Positions 1 to 12,214 of a DNA stretch of 64,000 nt are shown piece after piece (positions within the stretch are counted from its first letter, which is position 1; each line of letters begins with the position of its first letter). The notes under the pieces are model-generated. The model did no database searches. It was not told the DNA's origin and worked only from the letters and a program-made list of their open reading frames with translations. The stretch is from the NCBI RefSeq assembly GCF_006345805.1, contig NC_043013.1:57784001-57848000 (forward strand). The letters run 5' to 3'. The translations under genes were made by a program, and so were the position numbers. This DNA is from Octopus sinensis. Lineage: Eukaryota.

Positions 1-545
1 TAAGGGACGTGCCCAACGAGTTATGGTCGAACAACTGACAAGTAAACTGAATATTTGAGCAGAATATTTGTTATAGGCCATCCTTTCTATCAACAGAAAG
101 TATGTACATGATAACACTTAAAATCTGTTTAGGTCAAAAGCTATGAAAGCCACTAGCCAGTACAACATGATTATTATTATGGATTAATAGAGCAGTGCAT
201 GCCATCAAAATAACGGTGGGGTAAAATATATGAAGCCCAGTATACCCATCATGACTACCCGTCTGGTAAGGGTACACCAGGCATATAATCGCAGCCATAT
301 TTGCGCTACATGATCTCATATCAAGATAAACAGCGCATGACTTTGCATGTAGGGCTTAGTTAGAATTTTCTACAAGTCGAGTAGAAACCACAAAGAATTC
401 CTCTCAACACATGGCTATGATTATCCCCCACAACTGCTCTGCTTTGACAATTCACCTATCTTCATCTACCATGGGACATTCTCAACGAAAATCAGTAAAG
501 AACAGAAGCCATGAGAGCCAGTGCCTGGTACTGTACCAGGGCATT
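1..545 (+). mobile_element. Two tandem partial copies of an interspersed repeat ending in (ATT)n-like tails
   Basis: 130-180 (aaaagctatgaaagccactagccagtac...gattattattat) resembles 505-560 (agaagccatgagagccagtgcctggtac...tttattattag). I recall it as a common octopus retroposon-type repeat; family not assigned. Confidence 0.45.
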
Positions 546-547
546 TA

Positions 548-1262
548 TTATTAGTAGTATTATATGTTTTATTTTGCTTTGTATTTGTACAAGTTGACTC
601 CAAGTCTAACCCAGAGACATAAAGAGACAGCAAGTTAGAAGATTAAGTTGGTGTTACGACTAGGGTGTCATATCTTTGGTTTGGCACAATATATTGTTCT
701 ATAGAATGTCTAAGAAAACAAGAAGTTTGTTTTAAAATTTCGGATTATATAGACAGTATTTTACGTAGGATATGTGCAATTCCTATGAGTCCTCTTTTTT
801 GAATATCTGCCCCTTTTGCTCTCATTCCTAGGGCACCTATGACAACAGGTATTGTTTTAGTCTTGAGGTTCCATAGTTTTCTATTTTCTATTTCAAAATC
901 TTTGTATTTGCTCATTTTCTGCTCGGTCTTGACAGATATATTTAGGTCGCTTGGGACAGTCATATCGATTTGGACGCACGGGTTTTATCAGCAATCCTTC
1001 AATATAATGTCTGACCTATTTGCATCCACCTTCCTGTCAATCCATAAAAGTGAGATGCGATCATTTTCAAGCACTGGATATGGTTCGTGTTCCCACCAGT
1101 TTTTTTATCATGAGGCAGGTTCAAGTCTTTGCAACTTCCCCAGTGAATATATCATGCCTGTTGAGATACTTTGTAGGTGCTAGAAGGAGGCTGCATATGG
1201 AGACTGCATGATCGATGGTTTCATTCTGTTGTTTATATACACAACATTTTGGTCTACTGCAG
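548..1262 (-). mobile_element. R4/Dong-like non-LTR retrotransposon, 3' fragment with restriction-like endonuclease (RLE), decayed
   Basis: Minus ORF 745-963 MTVPSDLNISVKTEQKMSKYKDFEIENRKLWNLKTKTIPVVIGALG matches the RLE C-terminus (D-x-TVP...K..KY..L...IPVVIGALG); TAA/TAG-rich tail near 548. Confidence 0.75.
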
Positions 1263-1465
1263 CTCTAACCTGATAGTTTGTTGTAGTTAGCTCTCCCTTC
1301 AATTACGAAAATCTAAGTGTACTCAAAATGTAGCACGCAATAACATACAATGCTATACACACTACTATTAAGTATTACAGTAATACAAGCTGATCGCTTA
1401 TTCCCTTAATAACGAGCAAGGTAAATAATTTCAATTTACGTATATAAATCACCTAAATTTTCTTT

Positions 1466-1498
<33 letters not shown>
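1466..1498. repeat. (GT)n(GA)n microsatellite
   Basis: Seen directly. Confidence 0.9.
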
Positions 1499-1539
1499 TA
1501 GTGTGCTTCTTTAACGTTACACAGTATCATCTGAATCAA

Positions 1540-2300
1540 AATTTCTCCCTCTTCTATGGCAGGGAATAGAAATTAATTTGTAAAGCTTTAATGAACTCTA
1601 GAAGATTTAGAATAAGCCTACTTACAGATAGTGCACTCTTCTATGGAGATTTAATCACTTCTTCGTATAAATCAATTTCTTTCCAGCGAATGAATTAATG
1701 AGGTCATATTTGTTGCGGAATTAATAAGGTTTCACTTTACTTATATCAGATGCTGATGTATTGAAGCATCGTATTTGTACTTTGGATTTGTTACTAAGAT
1801 GGAATGAAACAGGATATACTTTAAGAAACGTATGTGAGAAATTAAATGGAAGTGAACAGGAGGAGAGACAGTGTTGCAGCCTATGAGGTGTGAGGCTATT
1901 AATGGAGGAAGTAACGATACGAAGCCGAGTGTCGGAGCGGCATCAGGCAGGCTTTAGACATAAAGTCAATCAGAGACGCCAATCTAGGCGCTCAACAATG
2001 ACGGAGATTTTGTTAACCTATTTGATGCAAGGAGTATAGACCTCACCCGACAGAAACTCAGATAAATAAGATATTAACGAATGCCACGTTACTTTTTTTT
2101 CTTTCTGATGGTGTCTCTGAGAGAGATATCACAAATTTTGTTTCGGAAACGTAATTACTTATTTAGTACGAGAAACATAAGCTCGAAATCCTCTCTTCAA
2201 GATTAGATACTCACTCGAATAAAGTAATAAAGTGGAATAGATCATTTGTGATACGAATATAGAACTTCTTATACCCATATTCTTTGTTAAACGACTGCAA
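1540..2300 (+). pseudogene. Putative decayed ankyrin-repeat coding remnant
   Basis: Manual translation gives NETGYTL (1803), GGETVLQ (1859) and, 36 codons later in the same frame, SETPI*ALNNDGDFVNLFDARSIDL (1970-2043); many stops and frameshifts. Confidence 0.3.
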
Positions 2301-2574
2301 AGCTAGGTATTTCTAGCATTGGCACAAGACAAGATGGTGTCTGTCACTAGAAATCATTGTACCCTACTATTTTATAGGAGTTTCCTTTTATCGACACCGC
2401 GAATATGAAAGCAAAGTTGATTTCAGTGATATTTGAAATCAGGGCATAAAGGGATGGCATATATGATCCCAAGTATTTTGTGCAATGCTATAACATTTCT
2501 ACTAAACGCCTTTATAGTATAGGCACAAATGTGTTGGATGGGATGTAACCGATTACTTCGACCACAGAACACGA

Positions 2575-2922
2575 CTACTATTTCTCGATCCCGAAAGCAA
2601 GAAAGGCAACTTCCAATTCGGTAGAATTTGAACTCGGAACGTAAAGCCGAAAGAAATGCTGTTATACATTTTTGTCCAGTCTGCCATCTGGTTATTGTAG
2701 TGATAATGATGAAGATGGTAATGATTTCAAAATTTGGCACAAGGCCAGTAATTTGGGATTAGATCGACCCCAGTGCTCAACAGGTTCTTATTCTATCGAC
2801 CATGAAAGGATGAAAGGCTGCGTCGACTTCGGCGGGATTTGAACTGAGAGCGTAAAGACGGACGAAATGTCGCTAAGTATTTTGCTCGGCGGACTAAAAA
2901 TAATGCCAGCTCACCGCCTTAA
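2575..2922 (-). mobile_element. tRNA-derived SINE 5' heads (one clearer copy about 2725-2922, one partial about 2575-2680)
   Basis: Reverse complement begins aaggcggtgagctggc (A-box-like) and has cagttcaaatcc / gagttcaaattc B-box-like motifs; resembles the octopus SINE head as I recall it. Confidence 0.7.
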
Positions 2923-2984
2923 TAATAATAATAATAATATCAACAACAACAATAATAATGATAACAATAGTGATGATGGTAATA

Positions 2985-4570
2985 AGAGACACCTAGATGA
3001 GTGGATGAAAATGAAATAATCTGTTATGCATGGATGAATTAAAGATTTTTGGAAAGACCGAATGTGAAATAAATGGCCTAGTTAAAACAGTACAGTAAGG
3101 ACATAGGAATCGAATTTGGAGCTAAAATGCTTATAATACAAAAATGCAAAATAGTGCCGTGTGACAGAGTAGGACTAACCAACGATGAGAAAATGAAGGA
3201 TACTGGGACTAAGGAATATAAGTATCTGTGGATTATAGAATAGGAGAAAATCAAAGAAAGAGAAATGAAGGAAAGCTTTAGGCGAGAATATCTCGAAAGG
3301 ACCAAAATAATTAGGGGAAGTAGGCTGAATGGGAAAAACAAGATCAGGGCAAGAAGCACATGAGTTGTTTCCTTAATGCGATATGGTGCAGATGCTGTTA
3401 GGTGGACAAAGAAAGAGCTTGAGGAAATGGAGAATAAAACCAGAAAATTGATGCTAATTAATAAGGAGCTACACCCAAAACGATACTGACAGGTTGTATA
3501 TGCCTTGGAACAAGGGAGGAAGAAGCCTCCTAGCATGCAATGTCTGTGTTCCCAAGGAGAACAGTCTGGGATGGTACATCAAACAGCAGAGTGAATCCTT
3601 GCTTCTCGCTGTTAGAATTAACTATACCACACCTACCGAAAATGTGATGCACCCACAAACATTTAAAAAAACAAGATGAAAAATGAGTAAACAATTGTAA
3701 AATGAAATCGCTGCATGGGCAATATCTAAAAGATATCGAAGGAAAAGACAAGATCAACACTTGGAGATGGCTAAGAAAAAATTATCTGAAAGGATGCGCT
3801 GAGGCATTCATATGCAGCGTCCAGGAACAAACTCTGAGAACTAATTACACCAAGTTCCAAATAGATAAGAACAGCGAATCGACTCTTTGTAGGATCTGTG
3901 GCAGCAAAAACGAGACCATCTCCAATATGGTGAGTAAATATAAGAAACAGGCTGAAAAGCACTACAAAAGGAGGCAGGATAGCGTGGCTAAGTTCGTCCA
4001 CTGCAGGCTATGTGAACACCGAAATAGCACGGATCCGAACCAGAATGAGTCAGCACGAACAAAGAATATAAAATACTTTGAGATTTTACAATCCAATGTG
4101 ACCCCTTAATCGAAGTTCTGAGATCAGATATTGTTGTGGTAAATAAAGAAAAAAAAAGGAAACCAAGATTATAGATAATGCAGTACAAGGGGATGCACGC
4201 ATCAGTGACAAAGAACTAGAAAAGATAGAAAAGCACAAGCTAATAAAAGGCGAATTTGCAAGAAGGTGGACTATGAGAAGAGTGTCTGTCACTCCAGTAG
4301 ATGTAGGGACACTCGGAGTACTAACAATGAAGTTCGAGGAGTATGTCAGAGAAATCGGAATTGACATGAGAGCAGGCCCCAAAACATGCTCTGCTGGCGA
4401 GAGCTAGGATTTTCAGATTGGTACTTGGATGTTGAACGTCTGCCACGACAATTACCAACCGAGTATGAGACCTCTGACAGCAGGCTGCCGTCTGCTTTCA
4501 CAGTATCTACTACGGCAAACAATACCAAGCACTCTGCCAAGTAAAACAACAACAACAATACTAATAATGA
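2985..4570 (+). mobile_element. R4/Dong-like RLE LINE, 5'-truncated, decayed
   Basis: ORF 3702-4109 contains QEQTLRTNY...CRICGSKNETISNMVS...YKRRQD (CCHC knuckle plus RHD-like motif of RLE elements); downstream RLE residues; (AAC/AAT)n tracts at both ends. Confidence 0.85.
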
Positions 4571-4574
4571 CTTA

Positions 4575-6965
4575 AAGATCTTGAGGAAGACTGAACGTGA
4601 AATAAATGGTCTGATCTCAACAGTGCAGATATTCAGTAAGGATATTGGGATGTAATTTAAGACTAAAATATGCGGTATGCTTTTGATATAAAAAAGGTAA
4701 AGTAGTATCGTCAGATGGTGTAGAGCTTCCCAACAGCGAGAAGATCAAGGATGTTGAGCCTGTGGGATGTATCTGGATATTTTGAAGTGGAACAAAATCA
4801 AGAAGAGATGAAGGAAAGCTTTAGGTGAGAATTTCTCAGGAGAATCAAATTGATTATGGGAAGTAGAATCAATAGAAAGAACAAGATCAGGGCAATGAAC
4901 ACATGGGCTGTCTCTTTAATGCGATACGGTGCATGTGTCGTCAGATGGATAAAGAACAAGCTTCAGGAATTGGATAGAAAATCCAGGAACGTATAGGTCA
5001 TCCCATAAGTTCTGTCCGATTTTACTTTTTTTTAAAAATTGAATGAAATAGTATTTAAAAATGTTTAATGGAATTAAAAATTATTTTTATGCATTTGTGT
5101 ACATTTAAACTAATTAAATATTATTTTACAGAATAAAAGAGTTAAAATTTTTTTATTAAAACCCTTTCTAACATGGAAGTATCCAAATAGCATTTGAGGC
5201 ACATAATTGTATATGAGTACTAAAACAAAACTCTGCAGCTGAAGCGACTCGAAACAAATACTCAGTTTATGGGAAAGAATTGCTTGAATGAAAGAACTTG
5301 CAGAAGATGGTTTTCAAAATTCAGAAGTAGAGATTTCAACCCTGAAGATGAAGATCGAACAGGACGTCCAATTGAGTTTGATAAGCTCCTTGAAGAAAAT
5401 CCAGCATTATCAGTTGAAGAATTGGCAATAAAGCTTTGCTCAAACCATACAACTGTTCATCGTCATCTTCAACAACTTGGAAAGCTTCCTAAACTAGGAA
5501 AATGGGTTCCTCATGAATTGTCCGAAAGCAACCGCAAATCCCGAGTTGACATCTGCTCTTCTCTCCATTCTCGCGAACTCGTTTCACCCATTTGGATAGA
5601 CTTGTGACTGAAGACGAAAAATGGATCTTCTATCGAAATATTAAACGTCGTAAACAGTGGCTTGGTAAAAGGGGGAAAGCTCAATCACAACCAAGAAAGG
5701 GACTTCATGGGAAAAGTTTCTTCTGGTAGGATTGCAAAGGAGTAATTCACTTTGAATTGTTACCACCTAATGCAACAATCAATGCTCAAGTCTACTGTCA
5801 GCAATTAGAGCGTTTGAACCAAGCATTGAAGGAAAAAGGACCCGCTTTAGTGAATCGAAAAAGGAGTGATGTCCCATCAGGAAAATGCATGGCCCCACAC
5901 TGAAACGATCACATCACAGAAGATCGAAGAACTTGGTTAGGAAAAAATTCCTCATCCATCTTATTCCCCCCAACTTGCTTTTTCAGACTACCATTTGTTT
6001 CGTAGTTTACAGAATCCTTTGGGGGACATAATTTTCGCAAGCCAGGAGGTCGAAACTGACATTTCAGAGTTCTTCGCTTTGAAACCAAAAGAGTTTTACA
6101 TTGATGAGATTAATAAGCTTGTAAATAGATGGAAGGAAGTCATATATAATCAGGGAAAGTACATTGATGATTAAATTTCAATCAGCTATAACATTTGATC
6201 ACTTGATTTCTTTATCCAATATTCGGACAGAACTTACATGACGACCTGATAGTGGTAATTAACTAGGAACTGCGCCTAAAATGTAATATTGACAGACTGT
6301 AGGTGCCTAGGGACAGGGAAGGAAAAGGCCACATAAGATGCTCAGTCTGTGTTGCCAACGAGAAGAACAGTCTGGGATGGTACACAAACAGCAGAATGGA
6401 TCCTTGCTTGCCGCTGTTGGAAATAACACGATATAACCCTAAAATATGTGGCGTACCCAAAAACATTTAAGAAACAAAATTAAGAACAAAGAATAAACAA
6501 TTGGAAATTGGAAACAATGCATGGGCAATACCCCCAGAGAAATCAAAGGAAAAGACAAGACCAACACCTGGAGATAGCTAAGAAAAATGGAGGTACTGAT
6601 ATGCGGCGTTCAGACACAAGATCTGAGGACTAAAGACATCAAGTTCCAAATAGATAAGATCAACGAATCGCCTCTTGGTAGGGTGCATGGCAATAAAAAC
6701 GAAAGAATCTCACATATTGTGAAGGAATGTAGCAAGGTAGCCCAAAAGCGCTACATGACAAGGCACAATAACGTCGTCAAGTTTGTTCATGGAGATTGTG
6801 TGAAAAGTACAATTCGAGTAGAGCAGGAAAATGGATCAAACATGAACCGGGAGATGTCACTGGGAAGAAATGAATATAAGATATTGTGGGAATTTTATAA
6901 TTCAATGTGACTCACTAATCAATGATCGAAGACCAGATATTGTTGTAGTAGATAAAAGACTTGTT
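4575..6965 (+). mobile_element. Second R4/Dong-like RLE LINE fragment, interrupted by a mariner
   Basis: 4575-4993 and 6250-6965 are homologous to 3000-4140 and join across the mariner; ORF 6587-6910 QTQDLRTKDIKFQIDK...ERISHIVKECSKVAQKRYMTRHNNV. Confidence 0.8.
4994..6249 (+). mobile_element. Mariner (DD34D-type) DNA transposon, full length, transposase pseudogenised
   Basis: Imperfect ~28-bp TIRs (taggtcatcccataagttctgtccga / tcggacagaacttacatgacgacctga) flanked by TA; WVPHEL motif in ORF 5269-5607; YSPQLAFSDYHLF near 5960-6000. Confidence 0.95.
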
Positions 6966-6974
6966 GAGATATGC

Positions 6975-7490
6975 CGAGCACCTGCTGTCAGATGTAGGAC
7001 GGATCTGGCTATCAGCTGAGTCCATTGTGAATATTGTCTCGTCGCCTTCCTTCGGCTGAGAAGAGCAGCCAGTATTTCAAAGCGAAAGCGGTTATGTGGT
7101 GGTCGAGTTTGAAAGAGCTTAAGACAGACACTTTCCTCATTGGCCAAGCTCTCACCAATTTTTTCAAGTGATATTTGAAAAGGAAAGTGAGGGTAGAGAA
7201 AGAAGTGCTGCTTCCCAACAATTTTGTCAAAAGGTAGGTGAATGCAGCACGAATGGCTTGAGTGAGTGAGCCTACTCTTAGTATGTGCCTCTAGATCGAG
7301 AGTAAATGAAGTAGAGGGTGCACACACCACAGAGGTGAGAATGATCGTGGGTTTTGTGGGTTTTTTCACGAGCAGTCCTTGGAAGCCTCCTTCTTTTGGG
7401 GATATATTTGTTATAATGTTTTACCATTTCGCACGATTAAATCTCACTCCTGTTTGTGTTGTGTTGTCCTGTGCCGTCCTCAATCTTTTA
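6975..7490 (-). mobile_element. Possible decayed APE-endonuclease fragment of a CR1/L2-group LINE
   Basis: Minus translation KPTKPTIILTS...QHFFLYPH...DNIH loosely follows APE motifs (FFLYRSP, GDFNxH); weak. Confidence 0.35.
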
Positions 7491-7499
7491 TATAAACCC

Positions 7500-8925
7500 T
7501 AAGTGGAGAATAAAGAAATAATTATTGTTATATTTGTAATTATTATTTGTAGTAGTATTTATTGTCTTTGCACAACTTCTAATGCTGGAGATATAGTACG
7601 GTGCCAGCTGTTCGTTACCAATGAACTAAGATGACAACCCTTATTTTTCGAACACCATCCAGAGTAATCAAGCGGTTCCAAGCAGTGCTATTTTCTGCAA
7701 GTACTCCACATGTATTGCAGCCCCTATATGTTCCATGTACATCTCGAGATTTTTACTCACTGTTCCCAAGGTTCAGAAAATTATTGGTACTACTGCACCC
7801 TTTTTCAGTGACCACAACTGCTTAACCTCCCAAGCTAACCTGTCATATCTATCGACTTTCCTTTCTTCTTTATCGCATACCTTGTTGTCAGCTGGGCATG
7901 TTATATCTATGATCCAGCATTTTTTGCTTTCTTTCTCAATTAACACTGTCTGATTTCCTATTCTCTATCTCATGGTCGCACTGAATCATAAGATCCCATA
8001 GGATCTTTCCATTATCATTTTCGATGATGCCTTCGGGTTTATGTTCGTATCACTTTTTTGCTCTGTCAAATCCATACTTGTTACTAAGTATCCAATGGAC
8101 AATCCTTGTTATATTGTCATGACGTGTCTTATGTTCTTTCTGAGCTAGTTGCGTACATTGACTGGTGATAAGCCATATGGTTTCACCATTGTTTCCACAA
8201 ATTCTGCACTAATCGCTGATGTGTTGTCTATTCTGTATGTTATGTAATTCGTTCGTAGTGCTTGCTCTTGGACAACACAGATTTGAGCCTCCGTTTCCGG
8301 TTTTAAATCCCTTTTAGTCATCCATAGCCATTTTTCTCTCGCTGACTTATATTCAATATCCCTATGAAATTGTCCACGCATTTTTTTTCTTTATCCACCT
8401 ATTTTCAGTTTCATTCATTCTAAAGTCCTTGTACAATGTTTTATCTTTGCAATCTTCCATCCTACACAAGCCTGACCTACTTAATTCCAATAATAGTGAT
8501 TGTGTGACATTTTTTACATACCATGCTATGTTGTTTTCTTCTGCTCTAATGCTGTGTTCGTATCCAATCAGTGCTCTTCCCCTTTTTTCTTGGTAGATAC
8601 AGTCTGTCTAAGCTATATAATTCGTCTAGTGTCCATGCGATTACCCCTGCTCCATGTCTAAGTAGTGAAACCGCCCAGGCGTTGATAGCTCCAATCCCAT
8701 TCCATCCGTTTAATTTCGACTTAAGTATCAGTCTCAGTCTGCGCAAGCACTCCACCTTAATATTTTCTGTCATTTCTTTCTCCAAGAATTTATTTATTTC
8801 CAATATCCCCAAGTGCTTATAGCCCGTCTCTTATATCTGCTTCATAACCTCCCCGACAGTATCGAACCCGTCCATACATTTGATTTTTTTCCTTTTCTTC
8901 ACACATTTTCAGTCTGAACTTATTA
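7500..8925 (-). mobile_element. R4/Dong-like RLE LINE fragment
   Basis: ORFs 8546-8812 (GAINAWAVSLLRHGAG...DRLYLPRKKG) and 8145-8381 (DLKPETEAQICVVQEQALRTNY); TAA-rich tail at about 7500-7560. Confidence 0.85.
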
Positions 8926-9179
8926 TAACAACCAAATATCACCATAATGGAAAAGTAAATATAACAGAATGTTCATAATTCAAGAAGCATCCATAACGAT
9001 ACTAAACGTCATTAAATGCACAATTATGTCTATCTATTTCGCGAAGCATTTATTAATAATTCCTTTGGTGCTTGGGCCAGAATATGCAAACAAGTCTAAT
9101 ATTGTTTGCCTCACTTGCATGGGCAGTCTAATGATTCACACCACGAACACACTCATGGCATAAAATATTTGAGTGGTTA

Positions 9180-9640
9180 TAGACAGAGAGTAGGTCTCTA
9201 AAAGACAGGTTGAATTCGATAAATTGTCAACACAAATGAAGAAACCCTTTTATGTAAGACATCATGTTGACAAAAATTTAAAGTAATTCAAAGAAGACAG
9301 AAGCCTCGTAAAGGAAGGAATTATATTGACATATTATATCCTTTCCTTAGAAAAATATTTACACGATACTCTAGCCTTAAAGACTCGCATCTTAACGATT
9401 GTGAAGTACTTGTTTGAGAAGGTTTATTTATTTGCGATTGTTGATAATTTCGAGAAAAATCCATAGACTTAAATTTCAATTCCTAAGTCTTAAATTTACA
9501 AACATAACTTTGAGTGGCTTGTTTTCTGGAGACCAAAGATCATTTTAGCAACTTTCCTGCTCATACATAAAAATGAGGAGATAGTGCAAACAAAAATTAT
9601 CTGGAGATAATTTCAATTTGGAACTGAAAGTCAAGTAAAT
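9180..9640 (+). pseudogene. Putative decayed ankyrin-repeat coding remnant
   Basis: VNTNEETLLCK (9226), LVKEGI, and IVKYLFEK (9398-9421) resemble the ankyrin consensus; interrupted by stops. Confidence 0.3.
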
Positions 9641-9682
9641 GTGTGAATGTTTGTATGTACATCTGGAAGAACACATTAGGCC

Positions 9683-9739
9683 ATATATATATACATGCAT
9701 ACATACATATATACATATATATACATATATACATACATA

Positions 9740-9785
<46 letters not shown>

Positions 9786-9893
9786 ATAATATATATATGT
9801 ATATTAATATATATATGTATATATAATATATATATATACATACATATATATCTGTGTATATATACATACATATATATCTGTATATATACATAC

Positions 9894-9924
<31 letters not shown>

Positions 9925-10215
9925 CATATATATGTGTATATATGTATATATACATACATATATATGTGTATATATGTATATATACATACATATATATGTG
10001 TATATATACATACATGTATATATATATATATATGTATATATACTATATATATATACATATGTATATATATATATATGTAGATATACATATGTATATAAAC
10101 ATATATATATATATGTATATATACATATATATATATATGTATATATACATATATATTATATATATATGTATATATACATATGTATATAATACATATATAT
10201 ATATATATACATATG

Positions 10216-10262
<47 letters not shown>

Positions 10263-10562
10263 TATATACATATGTATATATATACATGTATATATATACA
10301 TATATATATATATATGTATATATACATATGTATATATATACATATATACATATGTATATATATACATATATATAAATATGTATATATACATATGTATATA
10401 TATACATTATATATATACATATGTATATATATACATATATATATATACATATTATATATATATATATTGTATATATACATATGTAATATATATATATATA
10501 TATATCTATATATATATATATACATATGTATATATATACATATATATATATTATATATATAC

Positions 10563-10610
<48 letters not shown>

Positions 10611-10802
10611 GTATATATATACATATATATATATATGTATATATACATATGTATATATATACATATATAATATATATGTATATATATACATATATATAAT
10701 ATATATATATATACATATGTATATATATATAATATATATATATATGTATATATACATATGTATATATATACATACATATATATATATGTGTATATATATA
10801 TA
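9683..10802. repeat. About 1.1-kb compound (TA)n/(TACA)/(TATG) microsatellite
   Basis: Seen directly; source of the I/Y/H/C low-complexity ORFs. Confidence 0.97.
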
Positions 10803-11306
10803 CTTTGATACTTTGATAGATTTCGGCCATTATTGGCCCAGGCCATGTCTAACTTAATAGCACCACCTGGTGAAGTCTTTCAAGTCAGAATTTGGGCACT
10901 ATGGCCCACTCAAGTAGTGAGTTATTTTTTACATGGACATATCCGGGTGTAGGAGGTTTATCCGGGATTTCTTGAAGGAATCTGTCCAAAGACCTCTTGA
11001 ACCCTATAGGGTCTGTTTCTGTTTTAATGTTTTTTTTTTGTGTAATGTTAAAGAGAGTGGGGCCAATTGAGGTGAAATAATTGTGCCGTATTTTTGTTAT
11101 GAGATGAGAGTGCGATTTTTGTTGTGGGCGGATGGCACGGGGCCCAAGCCTTGGATGTACCTTAAAGGTGATGCCAACATCATTTTAGCAATGCTGATGG
11201 AATATTTTCCACATCATGCAGATGATGTAGCGCTCACGGCGACGTTGGAGAGAATAAAGTTTTAGCTTTTCTAGTCGACACCAATAGTCGAGGCCTGTCA
11301 TGCCAT
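10803..11306 (-). mobile_element. CR1-group LINE subfamily B, 3' fragment
   Basis: Minus translation LDYWCRLEKLKLYSLQRRRERYIICMMWKIF (CR1 RT C-terminus); 3' tail of (ATCAAAGT)-like repeats at 10803; paralogous to 16740-17291. Confidence 0.85.
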
Positions 11307-11349
11307 CTATCTAATGATATTTACTTATAAGATCCAAGAATTTAGGTGT

Positions 11350-12192
11350 AGTAAGCTAGTAAGCTTCGAGCAGTACGTTGTAAGCTTAAAAGCAAAAGAA
11401 ACTTCAGGAAAGGAACAATACTTGTTTAATTTTATAGTTCACGGTTAGCAACAAGGGATACTATGAACGTGAATAAAAATCCAAGAGAATGCTCCAGGTA
11501 AAACCCAAGCTGCATATATTTCCTAACTAGCAGATCCTCGGAAGTAATAATCACTCAGCAGACGGTACTCCGGCCCCTATTCAACAGACCGAAGATCACT
11601 TAGTTAAATGCAGTCTACATTGCCGTTTAGGAATCCCAAGTTTACTCGTCACAGATAGGATTTTAAAACTTACATGTTCAGTAATTAAAAGTTCCGTGGA
11701 CCTGATAGTTATGGAACATATGTAGCCTGGATTATATTTGCACCATTCCCCCAATACGAATATATATATATATATATATATATATACTCTTTTTTCTTTT
11801 TACTCTTTTACTTGTTTCAGTCATTTGACTGCGGCCATGCTGGAGCACCGCCTTTAGTCGAGCAAATCGACCCCGGGACTTATTCTTTTTGTAAGCCCAG
11901 TACTTATTCTATCGGTCTCTTTTGCCGAACCGCTGAAGATGGTACTTAAGTTAAAGGCACCAGATGATGTGACTTGCCTCTCTGTCTATCTACTTACCAT
12001 CTTTGTAATGTTGATAAATGAAATAAGTATAAAAATGAATCTTTTCAATTTAACTAAAAAATTCCATATGCAGCTGAAGATTGCTCTATATTTTAAAACT
12101 GATGTAATATTCGCATTGTTTAATTAAATGAAGTCGCATGAAACGATTGTACTGCACTACCTTTGGATATCTTTGTTGCTTATTTTGATTTT
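11350..12192 (-). pseudogene. Paralogous segment P1 and putative ankyrin-like remnant, interrupted by a SINE
   Basis: 12080-12192 aligns by eye with 52970-53085 and 16455-16575; minus translation QNKQQRYPKVVQYNRFMRLHLIKQCEYY; GNGANII (about 11730-11751) and LNGNVDCI (about 11607-11630). Confidence 0.3.
11787..11934 (-). mobile_element. SINE 3' portion (octopus-type)
   Basis: Nearly identical to 21705-21845; ends in ...ggcggtgctccagcatggccgcagtcaaatgactgaaacaagtaaaagag repeats. Confidence 0.85.
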
Positions 12193-12214
12193 ATATATAT
12201 ATATATATATATAT

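Noticed and set aside
2725-2922. tRNA gene
   Set aside because: It has A- and B-box-like motifs but no convincing cloverleaf; it is a SINE head.
9545-10857. Long ORFs (up to 343 aa) rich in I/Y/H/C, and similar ORFs at 29.3-30.0, 35.3-37.4, 39.8-40.5 and 45.6-47.2 kb
   Set aside because: They are translations of (TA)n/(TG)n microsatellites, which lack stops in some frames.
11439-11498. Candidate plus-strand exon (ttttatag...ccag|gtaaaa)
   Set aside because: Only one short open frame with no recognisable peptide and no partner exons; such sites are common in AT-rich DNA.
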